From: Octopus sinensis
Taxonomy: Eukaryota
NCBI RefSeq assembly: GCF_006345805.1
Contig: NC_043000.1
Span: forward strand, 17,608,001 to 17,672,000
Length of the DNA stretch: 64,000 bases
Direction: 5' to 3'
Of the stretch, positions 49,400-62,999 are shown in pieces (within the stretch, counting starts at the first letter, position 1; every line of letters begins with the position of its first letter). Under the pieces are notes generated by a model. That model was not told the DNA's origin. It worked only from the letters and a program-made list of their open reading frames with translations, and made no database searches. The translations under genes were made by a program, and so were the position numbers.

Positions 49400-50600
49400 C
49401 ATTAATACAATTTTTAGATAAAGAAGCGAAGATAAAAGAATTAAACCAAATACACAGTTACAATTACTTGGGAATCAATGAACTTGGCAGAGTACAACAC
49501 AGACGCATAAAAGAAAAAGGTTATGATGGAATTTTATAGATGAATTAGATTTATTCTTAAAACAGGAGTTAAATGTCAAAAATAAGGTAACAGATAGCAA
49601 TTCCCAAGCTGTTATAGTAATAAGTTGTAGTTATAACATTCACAACCGAAAGCTTAGTGAATTATTAAGACTAGACAGGAAAACAAGGAAATAACAACTG
49701 CTTTAAGAATGCGCCACCCAAATTCCTATACAGAGATGTTATATTATATTTACCATGAATACAAGGAGGTAGGGGTTTTCTGTAACTAGAAAACTATTAT
49801 AAAATATCAGCTTTTAAGCAACAAAAATATGTAGTGCCATTAGCTAAAAAACATTAACAGAACTAAAACTGTTTTCTGTCTTGAAGGAAGCCAACAAATA
49901 GAAAAAAGCCTAAAGTAACAGATCATCATCATCATCATCATTGTTTGACCATGGTCATCATCATCATCATCATCATTGTTCGACCGTGGTCATCATCATC
50001 ATCATCATCATTGTTTGACCGTGGTCATCATCATCATCATCATCATTGTTTGACCGTGGTCATCATCATCATCATCATCATTGTTCGACCGAGGTCGAGA
50101 CTTTCATAGTCTTTTCAAATGGCTAATAATGTGTGCACGCGCCACTACTACACACATTGGAAAGCATTGTACAGCCAAGTACTAAAGAAGATCTTTCCTC
50201 CTCCATGAAACAAAGCTGTTCCCACTGGATGTCAACCCAGTATTTCTAAGCTACGGACCGAGTGATTTATTGTAAGGTTATCTCCCTAGATAGATTGCCT
50301 TCACTATGGCTAAGGAGCCCTTTCTACCCCAAGTAACAGATAGCTGTGAAGAGGATAGCGAAAAGATAATTATTAAAATGCTGAAGACTAAATGGGCTTA
50401 TTAAATGCCATGTTAAGACACTGGCAATGAAAAGGGAATCTTCTACATGGCCCCTTCCAGTCTGTATAATATCTCACAAGACTGAGCACAGAGGAAATAT
50501 GTTAAAAAAAAAAAAACTCAACAATTGCTAAGAAGCACAGAACTCAAAGTGAAAAGAAAGGATTTTTTAAAATCATGGAAATAAGACCAAAGCCTTTTCC
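49400..50600 (+). mobile_element. Highly decayed R4/Dong-like RT-thumb fragment, interrupted at 49913-50341
   Basis: SYNYLGINE, ILKQELNVKNK, RLDRKTRK, RHP, GGRGF motifs across frameshifts. Confidence 0.6.
49924..50330 (-). mobile_element. Short non-autonomous RTE-derived element with 11-bp TSD and five-fold reiterated 3' terminus
   Basis: TSD AAGTAACAGAT at 49913-49923 and 50331-50341; 3' end shared with the RTE at 7088-7425. Confidence 0.8.
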
Positions 50601-50689
50601 TCAGAATCTTCTAAAAATCATATACTGGAGCAAAACATAAAAGTAGCTGCAGAATATGTGGAAGTTAGGAACAATGATTTTTGCCTTGC

Positions 50690-50930
50690 TAATAGTAATA
50701 TTTCGGTCATATTATGCAGAGAAAATCCCTGGAGAAGGACATCATGCTCGGAATGGTCAGTGGCAAGAGATGAAGAGGCCAACCAAGAACCTGCTGGCTT
50801 GACACCATCAAGAGTGATACCGGAATGGACATAGCCAATCTGAAAGAAGTGGCCCAGGATAGAACTGACTGGAGGACACTGATCCAACGAGTAACCAAGA
50901 GTCGACTTCGACTGAGCGGATAGAGAGAGA
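50690..50930 (+). mobile_element. BovB-like RTE ORF2 C-terminal fragment
   Basis: YFGHIMQRKSLEKDIMLGMVSGKR*RGQPRTCWLDTIK...AQDRTDWRTLIQRVTKSR. Confidence 0.85.
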
Positions 50931-51302
50931 TATAGTAATGACTCTTGTCTATTCCTATAATCAAAGACTATACTTATCAGCAAATTTCATGAAGCTTGGC
51001 TTGACTAAAGTAAGGGATTTGACGAAATGAAAATCATTCCTTTAGCTTTTTATATAGTTTATTTCTATTTTGCTTTGGGGAACTTCTCCAACCTCTGTTT
51101 GCTCAACATTGTCAGAAGATAATTGGATGGTACAACTGTGAACCTAATATTCCTTTGATCTATGTCCTGTAACACTAATCTGGAGGAAAATATGTGGTGC
51201 ATCAGCACTGTCCATCTCCTTGGCTGATTCTTGGACTTAGAGACCAGCCACACACTATTAAAGGCACTAGTTTGGTTGAGAAATCATGCATCATATCATA
51301 TA

Positions 51303-51685
51303 CTTGCAGTATCGCCTGGCGTTGCTCAGGTTTGTTTCGACCCTTTACAATTGGAATTTTTGAAAAGTAAAAATTTTGCATTATGTAGCTTGTTATTCTC
51401 TTTAAGTGAACATTTTTCTGGTTGAAATATACTGAAAAATGGCGACACAGCAGTAAAAAAATCATAAAAAATAGGGATTTTCATAGAAAAAAAGCGCCTT
51501 TTTGATGTAAATAATTTTTGGTGTTAAAATGGTCCTATTTGAATTTTTTCTTCTATGGAAGGAAGAGCAAGCCTTCTATCATACTCTCAATTTTGGTCAA
51601 CTTGTGATGCAGGGTCTCGGAGAAGATAGTGTTAGTTGAAGGCTACCAAACCTACCATGCACAGACAACTTCAGCTTTATATAGA
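51303..51685 (-). mobile_element. Non-autonomous Helitron, about 380 bp
   Basis: Minus strand 5' TCTATATAAAGCTG; 3' hairpin CCTGAGCAACGCCAGG then CAAG|T (degraded CTAG). Confidence 0.75.
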
Positions 51686-53389
51686 GAGAGACTGGTCAAG
51701 ACTTCCCAAACTCTTTTTTGAGGTTCATATAGGAAACTTTCCTCATTGTTTGAAAAAAACATTTGTTACCTTCCTGTTTGCTTTTCCTGAGTAAGTTCTT
51801 CAGGCAAAGGTGCTCTGCTTTTTTTCTCATTTCATTGCATACCTTCTCTTTTTCTCGTGTTGGTTCATATCAAGAAGCTCCTTATGACCTACAACAGGTG
51901 CAGAAGATAAAACTGTTGCCATGGTGGTGATAATATTGATGTTAATGACAATCGTTGCTATTTGTACAGCTAATACATTTTTGTCATTCAAAGTAATGTT
52001 TTTTCAACATTATTCTTTTTGTGATTTCCATTGTGTAACTCAAAACATTCATCCTTAAAACTCAGTTCAATTTTCACATTATCTCTTTGTTGACTGTACA
52101 AAGAGCTGTGAACTTCATTTCTTTAAGAGAGGATATGAATTCATTATCACTGAACATAGGCTCCTTATGATATTTCTTAATTGCCTTTCGAATTTTTGGG
52201 GAGCATTTTCTCACTTATATTTTTTATCTCACACAAAAAGCTGCCAGTCACCTTTAGCCTTGTTGTCACATATGGATGGAATGAAACTACTGTGAGATGC
52301 AGGCTGATATGTCATCCACTTCTGGAATCTATAGTTACTATTGCTGTTGTTGGCCATTTCTTCCTTCCACCTCTTCCTCACTCTCATTACTGATTATGGC
52401 CAGGGAAGAAATCCCAAGGCTTCTTGGTTAATTCTTGAAAATGAGAATGAAGTGATGTTTCTGGATGTGCCCTGGTGTTGCCTTAGGAGCAGAAACCCTG
52501 TAACAACTACTGTTATTGCTGTCTTCTGTTTAACTCTTTTGGAAAGATAACCTTTGAATGAATTTCACAACTACATGGATATCTGCTCTAAATGATCTGT
52601 CTTATAATCTTTCTTTCAGTACCTGCTTCCAGGCACAACTCTGGGATCGTTTGTGTTTTTGTAGAATCGTGAGGACTTGGATATTCATGATAAACCCCAC
52701 CCAAACCCAGCCACATGCTACCAAAGTCATGTTGATGCTGACCACCTGCTTGTATTGCACCATGAAAGTAACTATGAGCCAAATATTGTCATCAAAATGC
52801 CCTTGATGGTGACTACAATGTTTCTGTAGCTTAAATACTGAGAAACAGTTTACAGGCACAGATAAGATGCACTTAGTTTGTGCTGTTGTCCTTTCCTCAG
52901 TTTTGAAAACAATGTTTGTTGTCTTCCTTCTCCCTATGAAGGAGATTTTGCTCCATGTATCTATGGGGCTGATGTCTAGTTACTCTTTGTAGGGCACAAA
53001 TATAAGCAAGTTACTTTTCTTTTCCCCCATGCCTAGGTAATAGCTTCTGGAAGAGAGGTACTTGTTTTATGGATACAATGTTGCCATGCAGTTGTTCTTT
53101 CAGTGAATGTTTTACATTAAGACTCCTTTTTTTAAAGTTTTCTTGCAAACTATGGGACTACATTCAAAACACTTTTGCTAGACAATGTGTTTGGGTATCT
53201 GTGAGAATATTGTCAAACATGACTTTTTTTTTTTTTTTTCTTCAATATTTTAATTTTTTGTTGACATTTCAATTTTTTCCTTTCCTGCAATTAGAAAGTA
53301 TGTGTGCTTAATATTATTTGTTTTTGTAATAAGTATTGTGGATTAAGAGCTAATATTTTGCTGGTAATTATTATAAAACATTAAGGCAG

Positions 53390-53900
53390 GAAGAATCATT
53401 AGTGCACGGGGCAAAATGCTTTTACATTCTGAGTTCAAATTCTGCAAAGGTTGATTTGCCTTCCATCCTTTCAGGGGTTAATAAAATAAGTACCAGTTGA
53501 GCACTGTTACCACTCCCACAAAATTGCTGGCCTTATGCCAAAATTTGAAGTCAATATCATCTTCCTTGTTTTTTTTTTCTTTTTCTCTCTTAATAATAAT
53601 GGTAACAAGAACAAGAAAATGACAACAGCAATAGTAACAAAAATAATAATAATAATCATCATCATCATCATCATTACCATTATCATTAATATGATGATGA
53701 TGATGATTCCTGATTTATGTTACAAGGTCAGCTACTTAGAGAGGAAGAGGTTAGTCAATTACATCAATCCTGGTACTTGACTGATACTTTATTGTATCTG
53801 ATACTTTATTGTATCTGATATTTTGGAATTCCCAAAGGGATGAAAGGCAAAGTTGACTCCAGCAGGATTTGAGCTCAGAAATTTAAAGAGCTGGAAAAAT
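53390..53900. mobile_element. Two diverged SINE B2 copies, tail to tail
   Basis: TTCTGAGTTCAAATTC...GCCTTCCATCCTTTCAGGG on plus; reverse copy at about 53705-53900. Confidence 0.65.
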
Positions 53901-54145
53901 ACTACAAAGCAACTTTTTTTCAGTAATCTCTGACATAAAAGTCAAGAGCCTAAATTTTTAATGATGAATAGAGCTGACTATATTGACCCATGGTACTTAG
54001 CTAGTACTTATTTTATCCACTCCCTAAAGGATAAAATGCTATGTTGACCCCAGCAGTATTTAAACATAAAAATAAACTAAAAATTAAAGGAAAGGAAACT
54101 GGTAGTGAAAGAAAGGGAGGAAATGATGTCAAGAAAGCTGCTATA

Positions 54146-54575
54146 GGTGCAGGAGTGGCTGTGTGGTAAGTAGCTTGCTAACCAATCACATGGTTCCGGG
54201 TTCAGTCCCACTGCGTAGCACCTTGGGCAAGTGTCTTCTACTATAGCCTCGGGCCGACCAAAGCCTTGTGAGTGGATTTGGTAGATGGAAACTGAAATAA
54301 GCCCGTCATGTGTGTGTGTGAGTGTCTATGTGTGTGTGTCTGTTTGTGTGTGTGTGTGTGTGTGTTGTGTGTGTTTGTGCGTTTGAGTTTGTCCCCCCAA
54401 TATCGCTTGACAACTGATGTTGGTATGTTTACGCCCCCGTAACCTAGCGGTTCTGTAAAAAGGACCGATAAAATAACTACTAGGCTTACAAAGAATAAGT
54501 CCTGGGGTCAATTTGTTTGACTAAAGGTGGTGCTCCAGCATGGCCACAGTCAAATGACTGAAACAAGTAAAAGAA
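54146..54575 (+). mobile_element. SINE family A
   Basis: Consensus match. Confidence 0.9.
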
Positions 54576-54857
54576 TAACAGAATCTCTTGTTAGTGAGTG
54601 GGAAGTGAAACTAAATAATTGTTACTGTCCAATGACGTTTCAATTAAGCTGACTGATTAGTATCCTATATCCTGTTCAGCTTACAAGATAAATATCTGCT
54701 GGACATTCTCTCTTCTGTGGCATCAATTAATTTTTTGGACAATCCTCTTGTAACCAAGCGTAGGCTTGGATTCACATTTTGGTCTGTCTATCTATCCATC
54801 TATCTCTTTCTGTCACACTGGAAGAAGAAAGCAGTGACAGTGCTGAGAAAGAAAGAG

Positions 54858-55217
54858 AGTGGCTGTGTGGTAAGTAGCTTGTTTACCGACCACATGGTTC
54901 CGGGTTCAGTCCCACTGCGTGGCATCTTGGGCAAGTGTCTTCTGCTATAGCCCCGGGGCCGACCAATGCCTTGTGAGTGGATTTGGTAGACGGAAACTGA
55001 AAGAAGATAAAATTCAAATTGGACCATGTTAAGACCAAAAATTATTTACATCAAAAAGGTGCTTTTTTTCTATGAAAATCCCTATTTTTTACGATTTTTT
55101 GACTGCTGTGTCGCCATTTTTCAGTGTATTTCAACCAGAATGCAAAATTTTTACTTTTCAAAAATTCCAATTGTAAAGGGTCGAAACAAACTCGAGCAAC
55201 GCCGGGCGATACTGCTA

Positions 55218-55218
<1 letters not shown>
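54858..55218 (+). mobile_element. SINE A head (54858-55006) fused to a Helitron 3' half (55002-55218)
   Basis: Helitron end CTCGAGCAACGCCGGGCGATACTGCTAG|T; homologous to 51303-51550. Confidence 0.85.
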
Positions 55219-55255
<37 letters not shown>

Positions 55256-55687
55256 TGCCATTCATTACACCCTATTATACATAACAAATACCATGTGCAC
55301 TGTCTTACATCTATGACAGTTTCATTGATTGATACTGTACAACACCAGATTAACGAACAAATCCACTGTTGATAATAAATAAATAAAACAAGTGAAGTAG
55401 ATTGAGATTAATTATCCATTTAGGCTTACACCGTTTTTCAACATTGGGATCAATCAAAAAAAAAAAAAAGACAGGCTGAGAAACAAAAAGAAAACAACAA
55501 AAAAAATCAGAAACTCAAACAAGAAAAGGTGAACTGTTTAACTAGTTTCTGATTTAAAAAAAGTCAGCTAATATATCATTAATATTATCTGTTTCAGTTG
55601 CTCACATCACTAATAATAGAACCACAACTAAATTAACGATATTTTACATGTTTTTTTTAATCATATTTTAAACTTATCAACCATTTA

Positions 55688-55918
55688 CTCTTTTACTCTT
55701 TTATTTGTTTCAGTCATTTGACTGTGGCCATGCTGGAGCACCGCCTTTAGTCGAGCAAATCGACCCCAGGACTTATTCTTTGTAAGCCTAGTACTTATTC
55801 TATCGGCCTCTTTTGCCGAACCGGTAAGTTACGGGGGACGTAAACACAGCAGCATCGGCTGTCAAGCGATGTTGGGAGGACAAACACAGACACACAAACA
55901 CACATATACATATATATA

Positions 55919-55961
<43 letters not shown>

Positions 55962-56087
55962 TACGACGGGCTTTGGTCGGCCCGAGGCTATAGTAGAAGA
56001 CACTTGCCCAAGGTGCCACGCAGTGGGACTGAACTGGGAACCATGTGGTTGGTAAGCAAGCACTTACCACACAGCCACTCCTGTGCC
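55688..56087 (-). mobile_element. SINE family A with internal deletion
   Basis: Reverse complement of the consensus. Confidence 0.9.
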
Positions 56088-56256
56088 TAAAACAAGATAT
56101 TTACAATCCTCCAGGGACAACTTCTCACATGGTTGTTGGTAAGAGTGACAGCAATGTAGGATCTTTAAAAACTTTTATTTTATTTTATTTTACATAATTT
56201 ATGGCTATTATACTGATTGTTCCTGTTGTTTTACACTCATTCAGTTTGTTTCGTCA

Positions 56257-56656
56257 GCAGGAGTGGCTGTGTGGTAAGTAGTTTGTTTACCAACCACATG
56301 GTTCCGGGTTCAGTCCCACTGCGTGGCACCTTGGGCAAGTGTCTTCTACTATAGCCTCGGGCCGACCAAAGCCTTGTGAGTGAATTTGGAAGACAGAAAC
56401 TGAAAGAAGCCTGTCGTATATATATATATATATATATGTGTGTGTTTGTGTGTCTTTGTTTGTACCCCTAGCATTGCTTGGCAACCGATGTTGGTGTGTT
56501 TATGTCCCCATTACTTAGTGGTTCGGCAAAAAGAGACTGATAGAATAAGTACTGGGCTTACAAAAAAAATAAGTCCCGGTTCGAGTTGCTCGATTAAAGG
56601 CGGTGCTCCAGCATGGCCGCAGTCAAATGACTGAAACCAGTAAAAGAGTAAAAGAG
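56257..56656 (+). mobile_element. SINE family A
   Basis: Consensus match. Confidence 0.9.
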
Positions 56657-57523
56657 TATCCATTTTTGCTTGTGTGAAATGATGATTTGTTGGACTCAAT
56701 TACTTTTGTAACTGAGTGAACTCCCTGCCCCACCATCTTGTTGTCTCTTCTTACTGCTAATCACTGAACCATGAAATAAGCAGAGGAATGCTTTGTATGA
56801 TAAACAAATTGAGCTAAGCAGTGTTACACTATAGCCAATCCAGAATTTGAGGAATCTAGCTATGGCAATGCATCTGCAAAAATAATCCAGATGGGCAAAC
56901 CATGTTGGTTCAATAATGTACAAAAAGCTTTTGAAATATTTTTGTCTTATTCTTTATCCTGACAAAAGTTTTTTTTGCTTAAAAATTTGACACCTCTTCC
57001 TTTCTCTCATGGTACACTGCCTTGGTTTGTATTTCTGTTTTGCTGGTTTTAATTGTTATTTTGTCTATCCAAAATTATATTTATGGGCTTTCCCCAGAAA
57101 CACAATAGGATTACTCTTTTACTCTTTTACTGGATCTTTTCTATTCTGAAGCCAGTTTTTTCAAATTTTTCCTACTGAACCAAACAATTTGAAACTTCGT
57201 ATACTGGTAGAATGTGTCAAAAGTAAACTTAATTGTAAACCAGAATGAAAACGGAATTGTAACTTCTAAGTTTAACGTTGTTTAATAATTAGAATTTTAA
57301 CCAATGATATTCCGTCATTCGGCTTTATTTTATTTACTCCGTCTCGACCACCAATTTCGTGACGTATTAAACATCTTAAATGTAAACAAGCTATAGTCAG
57401 CCACCTTCTAATAACAAAAGTTTGTCTTTGAAGTTACCGTCTAGGGGAAGCATTGATGTACATGTGTGTGTGTGTATGCAGACATACATATACACATACA
57501 CCGAGTAAAAAATTATATATATA

Positions 57524-57571
<48 letters not shown>

Positions 57572-57574
<3 letters not shown>

Positions 57575-58048
57575 TTTATAAAAATATGGTAAAGTAAAAA
57601 AATACTTACCACACACCGAGCTTTTTAGAATAGCAGCCAAAAATTTCTCAACTGCAAGAAAAAGTCTCCCAGACAATGCATACTCAGAAATAATTCACAT
57701 ACGTATAAGAGAAAAAAAACAAAAATCACATGGATTCTCCGATATATGTTATAAAAATATGGATTCTCCGATATAATTTATAAAAATATGGTAAAGTAAA
57801 AAAATTACTTAACCACCACACCGAGCTTTTTAGAAATAGCAGCCAAAAATTTCTCAACTGCAAGAAAAAGTCTCCCAGACAATGCATACTCAGAAATAAT
57901 TCACATACGTATAAGAGAAAAACAACGAAAAATCACATGGATTCTCCGATATATGTTATAAAAATATGGATTCTCCGATATAATTTATAAAAATATGGTA
58001 AAGTAAAAAAATTACTTTACCACACACAAAGCTTTTTAGAAATAGCAG
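57572..58048. repeat. Tandem repeat, unit about 202-207 bp, 2.3 copies, with an internal 29-bp subrepeat
   Basis: TAATTTATAAAAATATGGTAAAG at 57572, 57774 and 57981. Confidence 0.9.
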
Positions 58049-58295
58049 ACGTCACAAAACTGCTTTCAACGTCACACTAACAGATCGCAGTAACGTTTTA
58101 GATATGAAAACAAGCAATCTCATTGGTTAAAATTCGCAGTTTTAATCTACGATTAAAGTCATAAAATAGATTTTTCTCAAATAAACTAGTTCCAACTGGC
58201 GAATAAACTAGTTCCACTCTATGAGTACACAAAGTTTCAAATTATTTAGTTAACTAGAAAGATCTGGGGTCCTGGCCACAAATTTGAAAAGATCC

Positions 58296-58686
58296 CTTTT
58301 ACTTGTTTCAGTCATTTGACTGTGGCCATGCTGGAGCACCGCCTTTAGTCAAGCAAATCGACCCCAGGACTTATTCTTTGTAAGCCTAGTACTTATTCTA
58401 TCGGTCTCTTTGCCGAATCGCTAAGTTACGGGGACATAAACACATCAGCATCGGTTGTCAAGCAATGCTAGGGGGACAAACACAGACACACAAACACGTA
58501 CACACACACATACATATATATATATACATATATACGACAGGCTTCTTTCAGTTTCCATCTACCAAATCCACTCACAAGGCATTGGTCGGCCCAGGGCTAT
58601 AGTAGAAGACACTTGCCCAAGATGCCACGCAGTGGGACTGAACCCAGAACCATGTGGTTGGTAAGCAAGCTACTTACCACACAACC
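58296..58686 (-). mobile_element. SINE family A
   Basis: Reverse complement of the consensus. Confidence 0.9.
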
Positions 58687-59184
58687 AAGGGCATATATAA
58701 AATAATCCTAGATGCACACTACAAAAAAGATTACATGATCATAATTTGAATGACTTGGTTATGGGTCTGCCCATAACCTGGATTTAAACAACACACACAC
58801 ACACATGATGGAATCTCCCATCTAAGACAACAAATAAGTGTTCAGTTTTTGCTGAATGATCTGCACGAATGATTTGTTTATAGGGATCAAGTATATGTGC
58901 TGTACATTGCTTCACTCCCTCCACCAAATCAACGCTGCCTGAACAGGTGCACATGTATCCCATACCAGGTGCGACTGCAACATGAGATGGAGGGTTTTGC
59001 TCAAGAACACAGCTCACCACCAAGCCTGGGAATTGAAACCATGATATTGCGATTGTGAGTGCAACACCCTAACCACTAGGTGATATATATAATCATCATC
59101 GTAGTCGTCGTCGTCATGATCATCATGATCATCATGATCATCGTCATCATCGTCGTCGTCGTCCATCATCATCATCATCATCAT

Positions 59185-59400
59185 CGTCATCATCATCGTC
59201 ATCATCATCATCATCCTTTAACGTCTGTTTTCCACTCTGACACGGGTCAGATGGTTTGACCAGAGCTGGTAAGCTGGGAAGCTGCACCAGGTTCCAGTCT
59301 GATTTGGCTTGGTTTCTACAGCTGGATGCCCTTCCTAATACCAACCACTTTATAGACCATGCTGGGTGTTTTTTTAGGTGGCATTGGCGCATGCACTTTT
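59185..59400 (-). mobile_element. RTE 3' end (family C)
   Basis: Tail homology. Confidence 0.75.
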
Positions 59401-59504
59401 ATGCGGTACTGACATGTATACTTTTTATGTGGTGTGCACACACACACATGCACACGACAAGGTATATATGAACCGAGTGGCAAACAGGATATTAGATAAA
59501 TCAG

Positions 59505-59700
59505 TGTGCACTGGCCTGGGGGTGTGATGAGAATGGAAGATGACAGCTGCATAAGCAAGTACCAAGCACTTAAAGTAAATGGTGCCAGTGAAAGAGAGAT
59601 TCCAAGGAAGACTTGGTATAAGATACTACATCAAATGAGGCTCTATGTCTAATGAAGAAGATGATAGAGAATCATATCAACTGGTGATATGTGATGTCAC
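59505..59700 (+). mobile_element. Decayed RTE ORF2 C-terminal fragment related to 17590-17700
   Basis: VMRMEDDSCISKYQALKVNG...PRKTW versus VARMDEDRCVRKCQSLAVEG...PRKT. Confidence 0.6.
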
Positions 59701-59770
59701 AAATGCCCCAACCTCTTGCACCAACTTATTAAAATTCTTGCGAAAATAATACAGTTATGTATTATGTATA

Positions 59771-59933
59771 GGCGCAGGAGTGGCTGTGCGTGGTAAGTAG
59801 CTTGTTTAGCAACCACATGGTTCCGGGTTCAGTCCCACTGCGTGGCACCTTGGGCAAGTGTCTTCTACTATAGCCTCGGGCTGACCAAAGCCTTGAGTGG
59901 ATTTGGTAGATGGAAACTGAAAGAAGCCTGTCG

Positions 59934-59996
<63 letters not shown>

Positions 59997-60233
59997 TATA
60001 TATATGTATGTTTGTGTATATGCTTGTGTGTCTGTGTTTGTCCCCTAGCATTGCTTGACAACCGATGCTGGTGTGTTTATGTCCCTGTTACTTAGTGGTT
60101 CGGCAAAAGAGACCGATAGAATAAGTACTGGGCTTACAAAAGAATAAGTCCCGGGGTCGAGTTGCTCGATTAAAAGGCGGTGCTCCAGCATGGCCGCAGT
60201 CAAATGACTGAAACAAGTAAAAGAGTAAAAGAG
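59771..60233 (+). mobile_element. SINE family A, full length
   Basis: Consensus match. Confidence 0.9.
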
Positions 60234-60642
60234 TTATGTACATGCTCTTCACTGATACCTACTGCCTAGTCTCAACTATTATGCCTACACACCATCTCTT
60301 TTCATCTCCACTGTGCCTATCCTATACCCTTTCATCTCCATATCATCCCTTATATTCATTAAACCAAGTCCCTGGTAATTGAGAGTGAAGTATTTAATCT
60401 GTGCATATAAAATTTCCCTGCTCCCTCTATGCCTTATGTTTTCTCATCTCCCATACTATCTCACCCGGTCTATGCATTTCTACCTCCACCACCCAAATCC
60501 TGCTTCCCTTCCTTCCTTCCTCCATTCTTCATGATGCTTGAATGGGAAAGGGATTGAATTGCATTTGCATTTATGCAAACTACAGCGACTCTTCCTGAGT
60601 GTTTTGGCACCGTGCTCTCTTGTAGTCATCTTTGTGGGTACT

Positions 60643-61154
<512 letters not shown>

Positions 61155-61777
61155 TATTTACTTTTAGAATATGCTCATACTCCTCGTCCTCATCACCCTC
61201 TTGTAATCTCTCCACTAACCATGCTCTCACAACGATAAACCCATTCCTCCCATCATACTGTACTTTCTCCCAACACAACCCTTTCGCAACAATAAATCTG
61301 TTCGACCCATTATTCTGAAGCTTCTCCCATCATCACAACTAAAATGAATCACACTCTTTCTTTCCCATTCTGTATTTCAGTAGTGGAGGCTCTTTCACTA
61401 AGTGAAGTTACAAGGCAACCTCATCAGTGTTGGTTGCACAATAAAAGTACCCATTACACTGTATAAAGTGGTTGGTGAAGCATAGAGACAAAGTTGAGAG
61501 GATTCTTTAGTCTTGCTGAGAGGAAGACAATTTCTATGGTGTTGCTGCCATGCAAAACAAACAAAAAAAACAAAAACAATGCACTCAGTATACTCTGTAA
61601 AGTGGTTGACATTATGAGGAGGAACCAGCCATAGAAACCAAGTCAAAATTGAGATATGAGAGCAAACATGGTCCTCTGATTGAATTCTGTCAAACCGTTC
61701 GACTCATGCCGGTGTGGGAAGCAGACATAAAATGATAATAACAATGATGGCAAGGATACACATATATATATATAAAA

Positions 61778-61982
61778 CGGGAAGCTTTATGAAAATAAAT
61801 AAAAGACAAAGGCAGGTGGAGTACAAACAAACAATTGTATTAGTATGGCGCTCAGGAATATAAATAAAACAAGTCTTTTACGTTTCGAGCCTACGCTCTT
61901 CAACAGAAAGACACACAGAAAAGAAACACGGAGAGAACAAGGAGAGAAAAAATGCGTACAGAACTAGCGATTCAACATGGCG

Positions 61983-61985
<3 letters not shown>
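61778..61985 (-). mobile_element. Family P1 pLTR remnant; hammerhead-like motif at 61874-61911 identical to 4253-4290
   Basis: Reverse complement closely matches 4185-4390. Confidence 0.65.
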
Positions 61986-62049
<64 letters not shown>

Positions 62050-62056
<7 letters not shown>

Positions 62057-62245
62057 TGAAGAAGAGGAATATTCCTTGTGTTGTATGTCTTGTACTCTAT
62101 TTTTTCGTTGTTTAAGAAAAATGTCCATTTCCTTGGTTTTGTTTTTATGTTTTCGTTTCTCATTGTGTTCGTTTATTTTGGTGTCCTGTACCCACATATG
62201 CATGTATATATATACATGTAGAGGTAGGTACGTACATATATGTAT
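62050..62245 (+). mobile_element. Family P2 remnant
   Basis: Matches 2330-2490 in reverse; begins CTGAAGA plus hairpin AGGAAT/ATTCCT. Confidence 0.55.
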
Positions 62246-62579
62246 GTATATATGCATATGTTTTATTTATTATTTTGTTATTATATATATATATATATAT
62301 TGTTTAATGGAAGTTTTTCTCAAAATTATATATATATCTAACACGTGCTTGATAACGTTGAGAACTGAAAGTGCTTGCACATCTATTAAAGCCTAGACAT
62401 AATTTGTGAAATTCCTTTCTAAAGATTGGTACCATTCTATTCGCTAAACAGCCTTTTCTTAATCTTAACTTTTTGAAAAAAATTTTCTCTAAATATTAAA
62501 ACTGCATCAAGAATTTCCTAAACTCTCTCTCTTTCTCTCTCTCTCTATCTACTCTCTCTCTCTCTCTTCTCTCTCTCTC

Positions 62580-62621
<42 letters not shown>

Positions 62622-62999
62622 ATATATATAATAATATAACTGAACATAAAAACAAATATGAATATAGATATATATATATATATATATATGTGCGTGTGTG
62701 TGTACAGGTTTCTTTCAGTTTCCTTCTCTCAAATTTATTTGCAAGGCTTCAGTTGGTCCTTACCCAATGTGTCATGGAGTGTGATTGAACCTGAAACTAC
62801 ATGGTTGCAACATGAACTTCTTATCCATACTGCCATGATACTTTGCCGTGGAATTGAACGCAAAACCAAAGTGAACTTTTTAAGCACACAGCCTTGCCTG
62901 TCCATATGAGCCATATGTGTACTCATGTACTCATGTACTCCTAATAGTTAAAAATATTAAAAGTAAAAATCTTGCCACACACACAGACACACAAACACA

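Noticed and set aside
49921-50096. CRISPR-like appearance of regular 35-bp repeats (also the 60-bp units at 18060-18320)
   Set aside because: No unique spacers, no cas genes, eukaryotic context; explained as retroelement tail and UTR repeats
50215-50330. HDV-like ribozyme at the 5' end of the bipartite RTE element
   Set aside because: Could not build P1.1 or J4/2 by eye; only partial P1 and P3 pairings
51720-52900. Possible decayed LINE or exon-containing unique sequence on minus
   Set aside because: No diagnostic motif could be read with confidence
57572-58048. Possible retrozyme (tandem units of about 200 bp)
   Set aside because: Only TTGAGAA on minus, without a downstream GAAA; no complete hammerhead
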